Assembly: GCA_016840085.1 (NCBI GenBank)
Contig: JAEOTA010000036.1
Location: 100,813 to 164,812 of the forward strand
Length of the DNA stretch: 64,000 bases
Origin: Promethearchaeota archaeon
GTDB taxonomy: Archaea > Asgardarchaeota > Lokiarchaeia > Sigyniarchaeales > SOKP01
Reading direction: 5' to 3'
Numbering within the stretch: position 1 is the first letter of the stretch; every line of letters begins with the position of its first letter. Shown piece after piece: positions 27,784 through 38,912 of the stretch. The position numbers and the translations under genes were made by a program. A model generated the notes under the pieces. The model ran no database searches. It was given only the letters and a program-made list of their open reading frames with translations, and was not told the origin of the DNA.

Positions 27784-30700
27784 ATGGTTTTACAGATAAA
27801 ACCTTTAAATTACAATTGCCCTTTCTGTGGAAACGAATTAGAATCAAGATATTCCAAATGTTTCAATATCTATTGCCAAGGGCGGAAGTTTAATGTAGGA
27901 AATCTAGTTATATTTAGGTTAAATCCAACATTGGGGATAGGAAGGATTGTCAAAAGATTAGATATTCCCACCTCAAAATCTCTTGATGAAGAAGATATAA
28001 GTTTTATTACAAAATATAAAGTTATTTTTAAAGATAATACTGTTAAAATATTACTTTCAGTTGATCTTATTCATTATGTCTTTGAACTTAATGAAAGAAT
28101 CGAAACTAAGAAAGGAATAGGTATTGTAAATTCCAAAGATTTCTTAATTAAGGATGGGATTATTTCATATGAATTTTTAAATCAGGAGGGTAAACGAACT
28201 CAAATCTATGAATCTGAAATTTATTCTAAATATGTAACTCCAATACAAAAATTAATTTTAAATAAAAAAATTGATCCCCCAAGAAATTTCTTCATCAAAT
28301 ATTGGGCAAATCTCTTTTATTCTTATTATACTTCATATCAGGTAAAATGCATTGTTAATTCACGGTTATCTTTAATGCCCCACCAAATTAATGTTACACA
28401 TCGTTTAGCAGAAAAACACTTCCCAAGAGTAATATTAGCAGATGAAGTTGGGCTTGGTAAAACAATTGAAGCAGGGATTTATATTAAAGAAATGATGGCA
28501 AGGAACCTCGCAGAACGTATTCTAATAATTGTTCCTGCCTCTTTAGTTAAACAATGGCAGTTTGAGATGCAAAATAAATTCCATATTAATTTTACTATCT
28601 ATGATGGAAAAAAGATAAAAGAATTGAAGAGACGAGGTAATTATAAATCCGCTGAAATACTAAAAAATCCTTTTTATTATGATAATTTAATTATATGTTC
28701 ACTTCAATTTGCCAGAAATCAAAAATATATTGATTTATTATCCCAAATTTCATGGGATATAGTTATTTTTGATGAAGCCCATCATTTAAGAAGGTATTTA
28801 ATTAATGCAACTACTGGAAGTTATCGAGAAACGCTTAATTATGAATTGGCTAGGAATTTGAGTACAAATTCAGAAAGTATGCTCCTTTTAAGTGCTACTC
28901 CATTGCAACTTCACTCATTTGAATTATATTCGTTAATTGAGCTTATCCATCCCGAAGTTTTTGAAAACTTCAGTGAATTTGAACATTTCAGAAAGAATAA
29001 GCCATTTATTAATTTAATTATTACAAACCTTAATCAAATTGAAAAACTGAATAGCTTTGAAGTAAAAACCACAGTAAAGCTTCTAAAAGATCTTCAGTAT
29101 ATAAATAAAAAAATGAACAATGAACAAATTCTCTTAGAGCTTAACAATGAGGATTTCAAGCAATCTATTATAAAAAAACTCGAAGAAGATCATACATTAT
29201 CAAAATTTTTAATTAGAAATCGTAAAAAGAATGTCTTTACTGAAGAATTGTTAAGTAAAAGAATTGTTAACACTATCATGGTTAATCCTACAAAAGAAGA
29301 ATTGGAAATATATAATGAAATTAGACTTTACCTAGCCAAAATTTATAATACTGCAACAAGTAAAGAAAATTTAGGATTAGGATTTGTAATAACAACATTA
29401 CAAAAGTTATTAACTAGTTCAAAATATGCATTTTTAAAAAGTTTAGAACGTAGATTAGAGCAAATAGAAAGGTATAAAGATATCTTTCTTAAGATAAGAG
29501 AAGACGACCCTGAATATTTTGAATTGGAATTGGAAGAAGAATCTCTTGATGCTGAAACCTTCAATATAATTGAGGAAGAATTAAATGAAAAACAAATAGA
29601 AAAAAACCAAGATATATTCAATCAAGAAAAGATTCTAAAAGAATTTTATAATAAACTAAAAACTATTCCTTATGATTCAAAATCAGAGAAATTACTAGAA
29701 ATAATAAGTCAAATATATTTACGCAATCCAAATGAGAAAATAATCATTTTTACTCAATTCGTTGACACCCTTCTTTTTTTAAAAGATTTATTAGAAAAGC
29801 AAGGAAGTAATTATTTTGTCGAAATCTTTTACGGAGGCCTGGATAAAGACCAAAAAGATAAAGCAGTAAATAAATTTCGAAATAGTAAAAAATTCTCAAT
29901 CCTCCTTTCAACTGAAATTGGTGGTGAAGGAAGAAATTTTCAATTTTGCCGCATACTCATAAATTATGATTTACCATGGAATCCTATGAAACTTGAGCAG
30001 AGAATTGGCCGTCTTGATCGAATAGGACAAGAATCCCAAGAAATATTTATCTATAATTTTTTTACGGAAGGAACAGTTGAAACAGACGTTGTACATGCTT
30101 TAGTTAAAAGGATTATTTTATTTGAAGAATCTATAGGCGTACTAGAACCTATTATCGGTCGAATTGAGAAAGATCTTAAAAATGTGATTTTTGCTGAAGA
30201 TGATAGAAAGAAAAGGACTAGGTTAAATGAGTTTTACCGTACTCTTGATGAAGAAATTCAGAAAGCAAAAGAAATCGAGATGCAATTAGATGATTTAATG
30301 ATTGATAAGAAATCATTTCAGATGGAGGGCTTACTTGATTCATTAGCTGCCTGTATCGATGTAAAACTTTCTCATAATGAATTATTCTTACTTATGAATT
30401 ATTTTTTTAATCTTAATAATAATATATATGGTTATTTAGAGAAAATCGATTCAATAAATAGTGAGCCGAATTTTATTTTTAAAATTAAAATTAAGAATAC
30501 TTTATTAGAAAACCCTAAATATAAACTTTTAAGTAATTACACCGGAACTTTTAATTTAGATCTTGCCAGAGAAAAAGAAGAAATAGATTTTTTTGCTTTA
30601 GGTCATCCTTTAATTAATACAATTTTAGATTTTTGTAGAGGGGACACATTTAAAGGTAGTTATACTATCCTTAATTTAAAGAAAGACTCTCTCTCAAGAA

Positions 30701-31371
30701 ATTTTAATTTCGAATTAGATAAACAAGAAAATCTCTATCTCTTAATTTTTTCAGTTAAATTTCAAGGCTATATCATAGAAAACCAATTCTTTTCGATTGT
30801 TGCAGATAGAAATGGCAATGAAATAGAAAATTTAGCAGAATTTGTTTTAAATATAGAAAATTATGAAAATATATTAGAATTCAGTGAAAATGTGAAAAAT
30901 CTTAACATTGATAATAATCTCTTTAATAGAATCCGTCAAATGACAAAAAAGATTATAAAATTTCGAAGTACTATCTGGAAAAAGGAAGTTACGAGATTGA
31001 ACGATAAAATATTTGCTTTAGAAAGAAGTAAAAAAGAAAAAATCTATAAGTATAAAAGAAGAGTCCTAAATCTTAAAATTGAATTATTAAAGCAAAGAAT
31101 CGAAAGACAAAAAAATAAAAAGCCCACCAGAAGACAACTTCAAAATATAAACAAAATTACTGATGAAAATAGAAAACAGGAACGTTTGAAATCAATTCAA
31201 CAATTAGAAGAAGATATTAAATTTCTTGAGAAAGACTTACAAGTAGCAGAAAAAAAGATAGACGATTTAGCTTTTGAATTCGAAGATATGAAAAATGAAA
31301 TGATTAGAAAAAATTTAGCTAAGTTTTATACAAATTTATCCTCAGTTGCTATAATTAATTTAGTAGATTGA
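27784..31371 (+). CDS. SNF2-family helicase/ATPase (RapA/HepA-like)
   Basis: ILADEVGLGKTIEAG, DEAHH, LSATP, GGEGRNFQF and PWNPMKLEQRIGRLDRIGQ motifs. Confidence 0.93.
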   Translation: MVLQIKPLNYNCPFCGNELESRYSKCFNIYCQGRKFNVGNLVIFRLNPTLGIGRIVKRLDIPTSKSLDEEDISFITKYKVIFKDNTVKILLSVDLIHYVFELNERIETKKGIGIVNSKDFLIKDGIISYEFLNQEGKRTQIYESEIYSKYVTPIQKLILNKKIDPPRNFFIKYWANLFYSYYTSYQVKCIVNSRLSLMPHQINVTHRLAEKHFPRVILADEVGLGKTIEAGIYIKEMMARNLAERILIIVPASLVKQWQFEMQNKFHINFTIYDGKKIKELKRRGNYKSAEILKNPFYYDNLIICSLQFARNQKYIDLLSQISWDIVIFDEAHHLRRYLINATTGSYRETLNYELARNLSTNSESMLLLSATPLQLHSFELYSLIELIHPEVFENFSEFEHFRKNKPFINLIITNLNQIEKLNSFEVKTTVKLLKDLQYINKKMNNEQILLELNNEDFKQSIIKKLEEDHTLSKFLIRNRKKNVFTEELLSKRIVNTIMVNPTKEELEIYNEIRLYLAKIYNTATSKENLGLGFVITTLQKLLTSSKYAFLKSLERRLEQIERYKDIFLKIREDDPEYFELELEEESLDAETFNIIEEELNEKQIEKNQDIFNQEKILKEFYNKLKTIPYDSKSEKLLEIISQIYLRNPNEKIIIFTQFVDTLLFLKDLLEKQGSNYFVEIFYGGLDKDQKDKAVNKFRNSKKFSILLSTEIGGEGRNFQFCRILINYDLPWNPMKLEQRIGRLDRIGQESQEIFIYNFFTEGTVETDVVHALVKRIILFEESIGVLEPIIGRIEKDLKNVIFAEDDRKKRTRLNEFYRTLDEEIQKAKEIEMQLDDLMIDKKSFQMEGLLDSLAACIDVKLSHNELFLLMNYFFNLNNNIYGYLEKIDSINSEPNFIFKIKIKNTLLENPKYKLLSNYTGTFNLDLAREKEEIDFFALGHPLINTILDFCRGDTFKGSYTILNLKKDSLSRNFNFELDKQENLYLLIFSVKFQGYIIENQFFSIVADRNGNEIENLAEFVLNIENYENILEFSENVKNLNIDNNLFNRIRQMTKKIIKFRSTIWKKEVTRLNDKIFALERSKKEKIYKYKRRVLNLKIELLKQRIERQKNKKPTRRQLQNINKITDENRKQERLKSIQQLEEDIKFLEKDLQVAEKKIDDLAFEFEDMKNEMIRKNLAKFYTNLSSVAIINLVD

Positions 31372-31381
31372 GAGTTTAGTG

Positions 31382-31918
31382 TTATTTATATCCTACATTT
31401 TTAAGCATCCTAGCAGCTAGATTTAAAAAAGCGTCCTCAACATTTTCTCCTGTCTTAGCAGAAGTCTCTACAAAATAGGTTTTCTTTTTTTTAGCAAATA
31501 ATTCAGCACTTTCTTTATTATATGTCTTATTTTCTTCCTGAATTATGTCTATCTTATTTCCTATTAAAATAAAAGGGATATTTTCTCCAGCATATTCTCG
31601 CAAATCACTATACCATTCTTCTAACTCTTCAAAAGTATGCCATCTTGTTAGATCAAAAACTAATATGGCACCTTTAGCACCATCAAAAAAACTAGGTCTT
31701 AAAAATTTATATCTCTCTTGGCCCCCTATATCCCAGATTTGAAATTTAACTGTATTTCCTGGTCTTGGATAAGCTTCAATAATCTTAGATAAAAAATCGG
31801 CACCAATAGTCATTTTATATTTAAAAGAAAATTTATTCTCCACAAAACGGTAAAGAAGTGATGTTTTACCCACTGCCCCGCTGCCAAGGATTATAACCTT
31901 AAATACATATAAAGACAT
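31382..31918 (-). CDS. Rab-like small GTPase
   Basis: GSGAVGKT, TIGADF, WDIGGQE, NKID and ETSAK motifs. Confidence 0.93.
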   Translation of the reverse strand: MSLYVFKVIILGSGAVGKTSLLYRFVENKFSFKYKMTIGADFLSKIIEAYPRPGNTVKFQIWDIGGQERYKFLRPSFFDGAKGAILVFDLTRWHTFEELEEWYSDLREYAGENIPFILIGNKIDIIQEENKTYNKESAELFAKKKKTYFVETSAKTGENVEDAFLNLAARMLKNVGYK

Positions 31919-32070
31919 AATTCATTAAAATTTCTATAAGTGAATTATATATTCTAATAAATAATCTCATTTAGATATTTAAACATTTTCAATACTAAAT
32001 TTGTTTAAAAGAAACGAATTTATTTCTTTTTAATAAATCTGTAATAATCTATTTATTTATGAAATAAAAA

Positions 32071-32595
32071 TTAAGAAAATTGTTTCATCATGCGTTGAGT
32101 AAGTTCTGTAAAAGCTTTTTCAACATTATCGCCAGTTTTAGCAGAAGTTTCGATATATACACTTTCTTCTTTGTTCGCGTATGCTTGAGTTTCATTTCTG
32201 TCTATAACTTCTCCTATATCAGGAATTAAATCAACCTTATTTCCTATTATTACCAAAGGAATCTTTCCTCGAATTGTACTACGCATGTCTGTTAGCCATT
32301 GTTTCATTTTTGGGAAGGTAGATGCCCTCGAAAGATCAAAAATTAAGAGAGCACCATTTGTCCCTTCATAGAAACTGCGACGTAAGAATTTGAAACGTTC
32401 TTGTCCACCAATGTCCCATATAGTAAGTTTTGCAGATTTTCCGGACTCATATTCTACTTCTTTACTCATAAAATCAACACCTATAGTAAAACGATAATCC
32501 GTTGAGAATTGGTTTTCTACAAATCGACGGATAAGGCTAGATTTACCAACCGCAGCGGGTCCTAAAACAACTGTTTTAAAAGTAAATTCTGACAT
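32071..32595 (-). CDS. Rab-like small GTPase
   Basis: GPAAVGKS, TIGVDF, WDIGGQE, NKVD and ETSAK motifs. Confidence 0.93.
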   Translation of the reverse strand: MSEFTFKTVVLGPAAVGKSSLIRRFVENQFSTDYRFTIGVDFMSKEVEYESGKSAKLTIWDIGGQERFKFLRRSFYEGTNGALLIFDLSRASTFPKMKQWLTDMRSTIRGKIPLVIIGNKVDLIPDIGEVIDRNETQAYANKEESVYIETSAKTGDNVEKAFTELTQRMMKQFS

Positions 32596-32661
32596 GATTT
32601 TAATATTAATATGTATATTTTATTAATTTGTAATTGTTTTATAATATATATTTTTTTATTT

Positions 32662-33474
32662 CTATTTCTTATACAAATTGTATTTTTTTCCATATTGCTT
32701 AAATATCTTAGTACCCCCTCCTTCTTGCAAGACCTTTAAAGTGGCTTCTGAATCAAAGATTTCCATCCCACCAACAATATCAACTCCATAGTCAAATAAG
32801 ATATCAGGAATCATACTCGCAGTAGGTCCAATTAAGAGAATTTTTCCAGCTTTATTTTTAAACAAATCTAATATAACTTCAATAGTATTATTTATTAAGA
32901 TAGTTCCGGTGCAGAATAAAATGTCATTATAAAGCTCTTTTTTGTTTAATTGATCTATACTATTTTTAATTTGAAATTTACTAAATTCTGGTGAAATTGG
33001 GATAGTATCTTCAATTAATGTAATTTTTTGTGTTATTTCACTTAATTTTTGAACAAGTGGTTTTATTAATCCAATTATCGTTATGTTTGTGTCTTGATTA
33101 ATATCTAAATAATCATATGAGTCACCCATGATCTTGGGATAGTGATTCTTCATTTTGAAGATATGTTGAGATACAGCATTTAATGTAGCAATTCCTATTA
33201 TCTTTTTCAAGCTCGGCGGTTCATAAGACCAATTTAACAATTCTAAAAGAGTTTTATCAGTAAGACTTCCAGCAAAATTTATCTTACTGCAATCATTTGC
33301 TTTAATTATGCTTGGTAAGGTAGCTGCTAATCCCAAAAATGGTTTAAATGCATGTGCAGAAACTTCCACCCCAGTATACCCTAATCCTATAACAACGCTA
33401 GTTACTTTTGGGGGTACAATCTTATGAATTTTGTAGATTTGTTGAATAAGGTCGACAGTTTTTTCTAAAATCAT
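32662..33474 (-). CDS. DUF364/DUF4213 Rossmann-like protein
   Basis: IGIATLNAVSQ, CTGTILINNT, LIGPTAS and GVDIVGG motifs. Confidence 0.85.
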   Translation of the reverse strand: MILEKTVDLIQQIYKIHKIVPPKVTSVVIGLGYTGVEVSAHAFKPFLGLAATLPSIIKANDCSKINFAGSLTDKTLLELLNWSYEPPSLKKIIGIATLNAVSQHIFKMKNHYPKIMGDSYDYLDINQDTNITIIGLIKPLVQKLSEITQKITLIEDTIPISPEFSKFQIKNSIDQLNKKELYNDILFCTGTILINNTIEVILDLFKNKAGKILLIGPTASMIPDILFDYGVDIVGGMEIFDSEATLKVLQEGGGTKIFKQYGKKYNLYKK

Positions 33475-33674
33475 CAGTTTAACTCTTATTAATTAATTTT
33501 ACCTAAATAGAATACTGAAGAATATTAGTTTAGATAAATATATGAATAAAACTCAATTAAATTTTTAGATCGATTGTTCTTTCTTAGAAAGAATGGTCTT
33601 TTCTGCATTTAATCTTAGCAATATAACATATCTAAAAAAAAATTAAAGAAAAAAAAATAGATATTAAAACTATT

Positions 33675-36600
33675 CTAATATCTTTTCTTTATTTTTATTA
33701 TAATCAGAGAAACAATAGAAATCGCACAGATTAGGAAAATTACATTATATCCGGGAATTCCTGGTGAGGTCGTTTCAGATGGTTCTTCGGGTGGTTCTTC
33801 AGGTGGTTCTTCGGGTGCTTCTACAATAATTTTAACAATTCCTGTACAATAGTTATCATAAGGATCATAAGCTCTCACCTCTAGCCAATAAGATCCTACA
33901 TCTAATGTTGTCATGTTTGTTATTATACCATTCTCATCAATATTAAAATTGGAAGTATCATTTATCCCCCAATGATCGATACCTGATGAATCTGATGCAT
34001 TTAGGTCAAATAATAAATTCTCACCAAATTCAATGAATTGATCAGTTGGTAATTGATCCCACGTTGGAAAAGTAGTATCTTCAACAGTGATTTTTATAGC
34101 TTCCGTGCAATAGTTATTAAAAGGATCATAAGCACGAACTTCTACCCAATACTCCCCTATAACTAGAGGTATAGTGTTAGTTATAATTCCATTATTATCG
34201 ATATTAAAATTAGAAGTATCATTAATCCACCAATGATCGATACCTGATGAATCTGACGCATTTAGGTCATATATTAAATTCTCGCCAAATTCAATGATTT
34301 GATCTACTGGTATTTGATCCCAAATTGGAGATTCAGAATAAGCAGCAAAAGACCATACTGATGATATAGTATTACTTATTCCATCATCTATAATAACATA
34401 CCAGCTATATAGCATTCCTTCTGATAAACCAAACCATGTTATCGATGCTGTAGCTCCACTGGTAACTCCTAAATCTGCACCAATCAAATTGTCGTTGGAA
34501 GCATCGTAGAAATACACATCCATTAAATCTCCATCAGCATCAGATACATCTATGCTTAACGTTGGATTCAAAATTATTCCAATAGCTCCATTAAGAGGTG
34601 TTGGATTTGTGGGTGTATCTGGTACATAATTAGTTGAAAATGACCAAACAGAAGATATAGTCAATGAAATTCCATCACTTGCCACAGCATACCAATTATA
34701 AGTTGTGCCTTCAGAAAGACTAAGCCAAGGAATATTGGCTGTCCCTCCACTAGGAACTCCTATGTCAGTACCAATTAAACTATCATCAAAAGCATCATAG
34801 AATGAAACATCCATGGAATCTCCATCTGGATCAGTTATATCTACGCTTAATATAGGATTTAAAATTATTCCAGTAGCGCCATCTGCTGGATAAGGATTAG
34901 TTATTATACCAGGTGCATAATTAGTTGTAAATGACCAAGTAAAAGATGTGGTATATGATGTTCCATCATTTGCAATAGCATACCAACTATATGTTGTACC
35001 GTCAGATAAACCCAACCAAGTAATAGAGGCGCTGCTTCCGCTATGAACTCCTGTATTGGTACCAATCAAACTATCATCATAAGCATCATAGAACGAAACA
35101 TCCATGGAATCTCCATCAGCATCAGTTACATCTACACTTAATATTGGATTTAAATCTACACCCGTAGCCAAATCTGAGGGAGTAGGATTAGATAGTGAGG
35201 GAACATAATTAGTTGAAAATGCCCATATTGATGATGTCGTACTATAGGTACCATCATCAGCTACAGCATACCAAGAATAACTAGTACCTTCTGATAATCT
35301 GGGCCATATAATTGAAGCAGTTCCTCCATTTTCTACTAAATAATCAGAATCTATTAAATTATCATCAGAAGCGTCATAAAAATAGACATTCATTGAATCA
35401 TCATCAGCATCAGTTACATCCACACTTAAAATTGGATTTAAATTTACTTTAATTGCTCCATTTGAGGGGAAAGGATTACTAGGAGGATTTGGAGCATGTC
35501 TGATTCCTGTCTGACCAGGATTTAATGAACCCTTTGAACCAGAAGAAGATATTGTCCAATCAGACGCCATATTTCTATCAATATCGCTTGTTCTATAAGC
35601 ATAATTATCGTTTAAAACCAATGCTACATCTTGATTCCATTCAACATTAACTGGTGTTTCCCCATGAGTACTAGTTTGGAACCAATCAATATTTTCGCCT
35701 TTATCATTAAACAATCCTGCACCTATAGGTCTATCTAGCCAAAATATATTAAAATCAGTATATAAGTCTGTATCATTGTTAGTTCCACTAAATTCATGTA
35801 AAACAACAATATAATTATTATGAAAAGTCCATCCATCGGGAAAGTAATATGTAGAATGCAGCATATTGTTATCCCAAAATTCAAAATACCAACCAGTCAT
35901 ATCTTGATCTTGACCATAGTTGTAGAATTCAACATAATCATCGGGAGCAGCACTGATTTCATTTATCATCATGGGAGAGGAAATACCATGAGATCCTGTT
36001 TTAAAAGACCATATTGACGATTGGGTTGTATATATCCCATCAGTCGCATTAGCGTACCAGTAATAAGATGTATCTATGATAAGCCCTGTCCAATCTATAG
36101 ATGCTGTTCCTTTATTTGGGACGTTGGTAACTATTCCAATTAAACTATCGTCGGTAGCATCAAAGAATGATACATCCATCGAATCCTCATCAGGATCATA
36201 TACATCAACACTTAATGTAAGACTTGTTGGTACTCCAGAGATTCCATCTGGAGGATATGGATTACTTGGCTTATATGGTCTTTCAGAATTTCGCTCAGGT
36301 GGAGGTATAGTAAGTTCAGGATCTCCTAAAAGATTAAATTCTTCAAATTCGCATAATGTTTTTTCTGGTGTTGGTGTCCAAGGATATCCACTGCCTCCTG
36401 TAAGAACATATTTATCATACATAAAAATTTTCCCAAAATTCAAAGTAGGTCCTAATTTTGGAGAATTTCCAACATAATTTGTGTAACCAGAATAATATTC
36501 AGGCCAAATTGAAGTGATTAGCCCTTTATTAAATTCATCATTATAACCACTATAACTAACTCTTGTAGAGCCAATGTATCCAACGACACCTTTATTCTGG

Positions 36601-38240
36601 GCTTTTAGAATCGCTTCACCAAAGCAATCTGAAGAACCGTCAAACCAACCACTTTCGCAATTGATTGAAAACATAACAGGTGTCATATTACCATTATTAA
36701 GTGAATTAATATCTGAAATTTCAAATGAAGGATGAACCCACCCGTCAGTACTTCCATGATCTCTATGATTCACAAGAAAGGCACCCTCATTCATGTAATT
36801 TAAAACGTCTTGAGTTGTTCCTGTATAGGATCCACCAGTATAAACTGTATTACATATGAATTCTTCAGTTTCTAAATACTGTCTAATAGATTCTGAAGTA
36901 GCAATAAAATAGCGTCCTGATTGTTCATATGCTGCTAATAATACTTTATTTCTCCAGACATCTAATGGATCAAATTCCATTTCATAATTTATTATTTTAT
37001 TTATAATAATATCTAAATCTGCATTCGTTTGAACTGGTAATCTTCCGATAAAAATATCTGGAAAATAATCGGTTCCATCAACAGTAGTATAATAAAGATC
37101 ACTTGCAATCCATTCACCTGTAGCCGGATGTTGTGTCTTATAATGCACTGGTAATAAGTTCGAATCCCCAACTAATAGTATATAAGATGGAGCAGGATTC
37201 CATGAATCGTAAGCATTCTGGATATACGCACTTATATCGTCAGCAGTAGGATTAGTTCCAATATTAGATAGGTTTACGATATTAGTAATAAGACCTTTCA
37301 ATTCTTTGTTCTGAGCAAGTGGTAGAATATTATTATAAAATTGATCAGCAGTGATTATAAGATAATCTGCCCCACCATTATCCTGATCTCCTAATTTTCC
37401 AATCTCAAGTTCTTCTGTATTTATTGGTGTTTCTTGATAATTTAAGTAAATACTCTTAAAAAAGGAATTAAATGCTTCTGAATTATATTTATTACTCGCT
37501 ATAGATGTTGAATCTTTATTCAAAGAATCTAAATTCACTTTTTTAAACGCTATATGGATATTTATTGTTGTATATATTCTTATTTTATTTAAATAAGGAT
37601 TGTGAGCAACAGGACAGATTAATAATAATGCTGTATTATGTCCTCTTATTACACCCACATTTAAAATGTTAGCAATTTCATTTGGATAAAATTTATTCAT
37701 TGAATATGTAATTACATCCTTTTCGAAAGGAAGTTCGGTAATCTCACAATCAATCTGGGCAGGTTGGGCCGGATAAATCATATACCCTTCTTTTTCATAG
37801 TACTCTGACTTTTCGATATGCAATTCAAATTCAATTCCTTTTGGAATATCTAAATAGACTCCTTTTACAGGAAGTTCTGGTTTACCAATATCAGCAAGAT
37901 GTCCACCACCTAAAATATTCAATCTTTGATAAATTTCACCTGAACTACTAATAATTTCTCCTTCAATCAAATCTGTTAACTTAATATCTAAATCAATATA
38001 TCTTTCATTTGATTCTATTACATTTATTTCAATCTTCCCTGAGGATTCTTGTTCGTATAAATGTATATCATTCTGCAAAAAAAGGTTATTGAAATTATTA
38101 GAATTATCAATAATCGATGTAGTCTTTATCTTATCTGTCAAAAATGTCGGGACTATAAATAAGAGCAATATAAAACAAAGAGGTCTATAAATACGATTTA
38201 CTTTTTTGAATTTAATTGTCATAATTTTGTATTTCACCAA
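33675..38240 (-). CDS. Cell-surface C25 (gingipain-type) cysteine peptidase with propeptide, lamin-tail-like domain, FN3/Ig-like repeats and Loki-CTERM-type tail
   Basis: N-terminal hydrophobic signal; GKPELP propeptide; YILLVGD, IGRLP, HRDHG, SINCESG and LLGDP motifs; MINEI..DYVEFYN; tail IPGY-TM-KKRY. Confidence 0.9.
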   Translation of the reverse strand: MVKYKIMTIKFKKVNRIYRPLCFILLLFIVPTFLTDKIKTTSIIDNSNNFNNLFLQNDIHLYEQESSGKIEINVIESNERYIDLDIKLTDLIEGEIISSSGEIYQRLNILGGGHLADIGKPELPVKGVYLDIPKGIEFELHIEKSEYYEKEGYMIYPAQPAQIDCEITELPFEKDVITYSMNKFYPNEIANILNVGVIRGHNTALLLICPVAHNPYLNKIRIYTTINIHIAFKKVNLDSLNKDSTSIASNKYNSEAFNSFFKSIYLNYQETPINTEELEIGKLGDQDNGGADYLIITADQFYNNILPLAQNKELKGLITNIVNLSNIGTNPTADDISAYIQNAYDSWNPAPSYILLVGDSNLLPVHYKTQHPATGEWIASDLYYTTVDGTDYFPDIFIGRLPVQTNADLDIIINKIINYEMEFDPLDVWRNKVLLAAYEQSGRYFIATSESIRQYLETEEFICNTVYTGGSYTGTTQDVLNYMNEGAFLVNHRDHGSTDGWVHPSFEISDINSLNNGNMTPVMFSINCESGWFDGSSDCFGEAILKAQNKGVVGYIGSTRVSYSGYNDEFNKGLITSIWPEYYSGYTNYVGNSPKLGPTLNFGKIFMYDKYVLTGGSGYPWTPTPEKTLCEFEEFNLLGDPELTIPPPERNSERPYKPSNPYPPDGISGVPTSLTLSVDVYDPDEDSMDVSFFDATDDSLIGIVTNVPNKGTASIDWTGLIIDTSYYWYANATDGIYTTQSSIWSFKTGSHGISSPMMINEISAAPDDYVEFYNYGQDQDMTGWYFEFWDNNMLHSTYYFPDGWTFHNNYIVVLHEFSGTNNDTDLYTDFNIFWLDRPIGAGLFNDKGENIDWFQTSTHGETPVNVEWNQDVALVLNDNYAYRTSDIDRNMASDWTISSSGSKGSLNPGQTGIRHAPNPPSNPFPSNGAIKVNLNPILSVDVTDADDDSMNVYFYDASDDNLIDSDYLVENGGTASIIWPRLSEGTSYSWYAVADDGTYSTTSSIWAFSTNYVPSLSNPTPSDLATGVDLNPILSVDVTDADGDSMDVSFYDAYDDSLIGTNTGVHSGSSASITWLGLSDGTTYSWYAIANDGTSYTTSFTWSFTTNYAPGIITNPYPADGATGIILNPILSVDITDPDGDSMDVSFYDAFDDSLIGTDIGVPSGGTANIPWLSLSEGTTYNWYAVASDGISLTISSVWSFSTNYVPDTPTNPTPLNGAIGIILNPTLSIDVSDADGDLMDVYFYDASNDNLIGADLGVTSGATASITWFGLSEGMLYSWYVIIDDGISNTISSVWSFAAYSESPIWDQIPVDQIIEFGENLIYDLNASDSSGIDHWWINDTSNFNIDNNGIITNTIPLVIGEYWVEVRAYDPFNNYCTEAIKITVEDTTFPTWDQLPTDQFIEFGENLLFDLNASDSSGIDHWGINDTSNFNIDENGIITNMTTLDVGSYWLEVRAYDPYDNYCTGIVKIIVEAPEEPPEEPPEEPSETTSPGIPGYNVIFLICAISIVSLIIIKIKKRY
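33780..36285 (-). repeat. Intragenic domain repeats: five ~95-aa FN3-like units, two ~88-aa Ig/cadherin-like units and a PEEP linker
   Basis: Recurring NP.P.DG..LNPILSVDV.D.DGDSMDVSFYDA.DD.LIG..WSF.T and P.WDQ.P.DQ.IEFGENL..DLNASDSSGIDHW; the DNA repeats are visible directly. Confidence 0.85.
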
Positions 38241-38518
38241 AATTTTGTTTTTAAATAATAATCATTTATATTTACAATGGAAAATATAAAAATTTTTCTT
38301 ACACTTCTGTAAATATAAAGAATTATTAAATATCTTTTTCCTATTAATATACCCTTTTAATAATCTTGAAAAGATGATTTAGAAATACTCTATTTTTCTC
38401 TCTACTGTCACTAATTATTATTTTTTTAATTTATTATTCATATGAGATAAAAATTTTTATTTCTTCAATAATTAACTCTTTAAATTAATTATAATTTTTA
38501 ATATATAATCTAAGGGAC

Positions 38519-38911
38519 GTGATTTACTTTATGGATTATATAATCATTGAGAATGAAAAAATTGGTCAAGTAAAAGCAAAACTTCTCACAGATAGAAATC
38601 CTAAAACATGTGAAGCAATATGGAATGCGTTACCATTTGAGGTTAACCTAGCCCGTTGGGGAGAAGAATTATATGGTGAAATTCCTATCTCTATAGGGCA
38701 AGAGAATTCCCAAGTTGAATGTGAAGTGGGTGATGTAGGTTATTGGCTAAGTGGAAGTGGTTTTTGCATCTTTTTTGGGCCTACACCTGCCAGTAAGGGA
38801 GATAAGCCAGTTGCTGCATCTCCGGTCAATATTTTTGCTAAAATTGAAGGAGATCCTAAGATATTTAATCAATTCTCTTCCTTTTCAGGAAATGTGATTA
38901 AAGGAGATTAA
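38519..38911 (+). CDS. Cyclophilin-like fold protein (DUF369)
   Basis: PKTCEAIWNALP, WGEELYG, GDVGYW and FCIFFGPTPAS motifs. Confidence 0.85.
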   Translation: MIYFMDYIIIENEKIGQVKAKLLTDRNPKTCEAIWNALPFEVNLARWGEELYGEIPISIGQENSQVECEVGDVGYWLSGSGFCIFFGPTPASKGDKPVAASPVNIFAKIEGDPKIFNQFSSFSGNVIKGD

Positions 38912-38912
38912 G

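Noticed and set aside
33780-36285. Repeated DNA as a CRISPR array or mobile element
   Set aside because: The units are about 260-290 nt, degenerate and in frame within the peptidase, so they are protein domain repeats. No CRISPR array, transposase or integrase was seen in the window.
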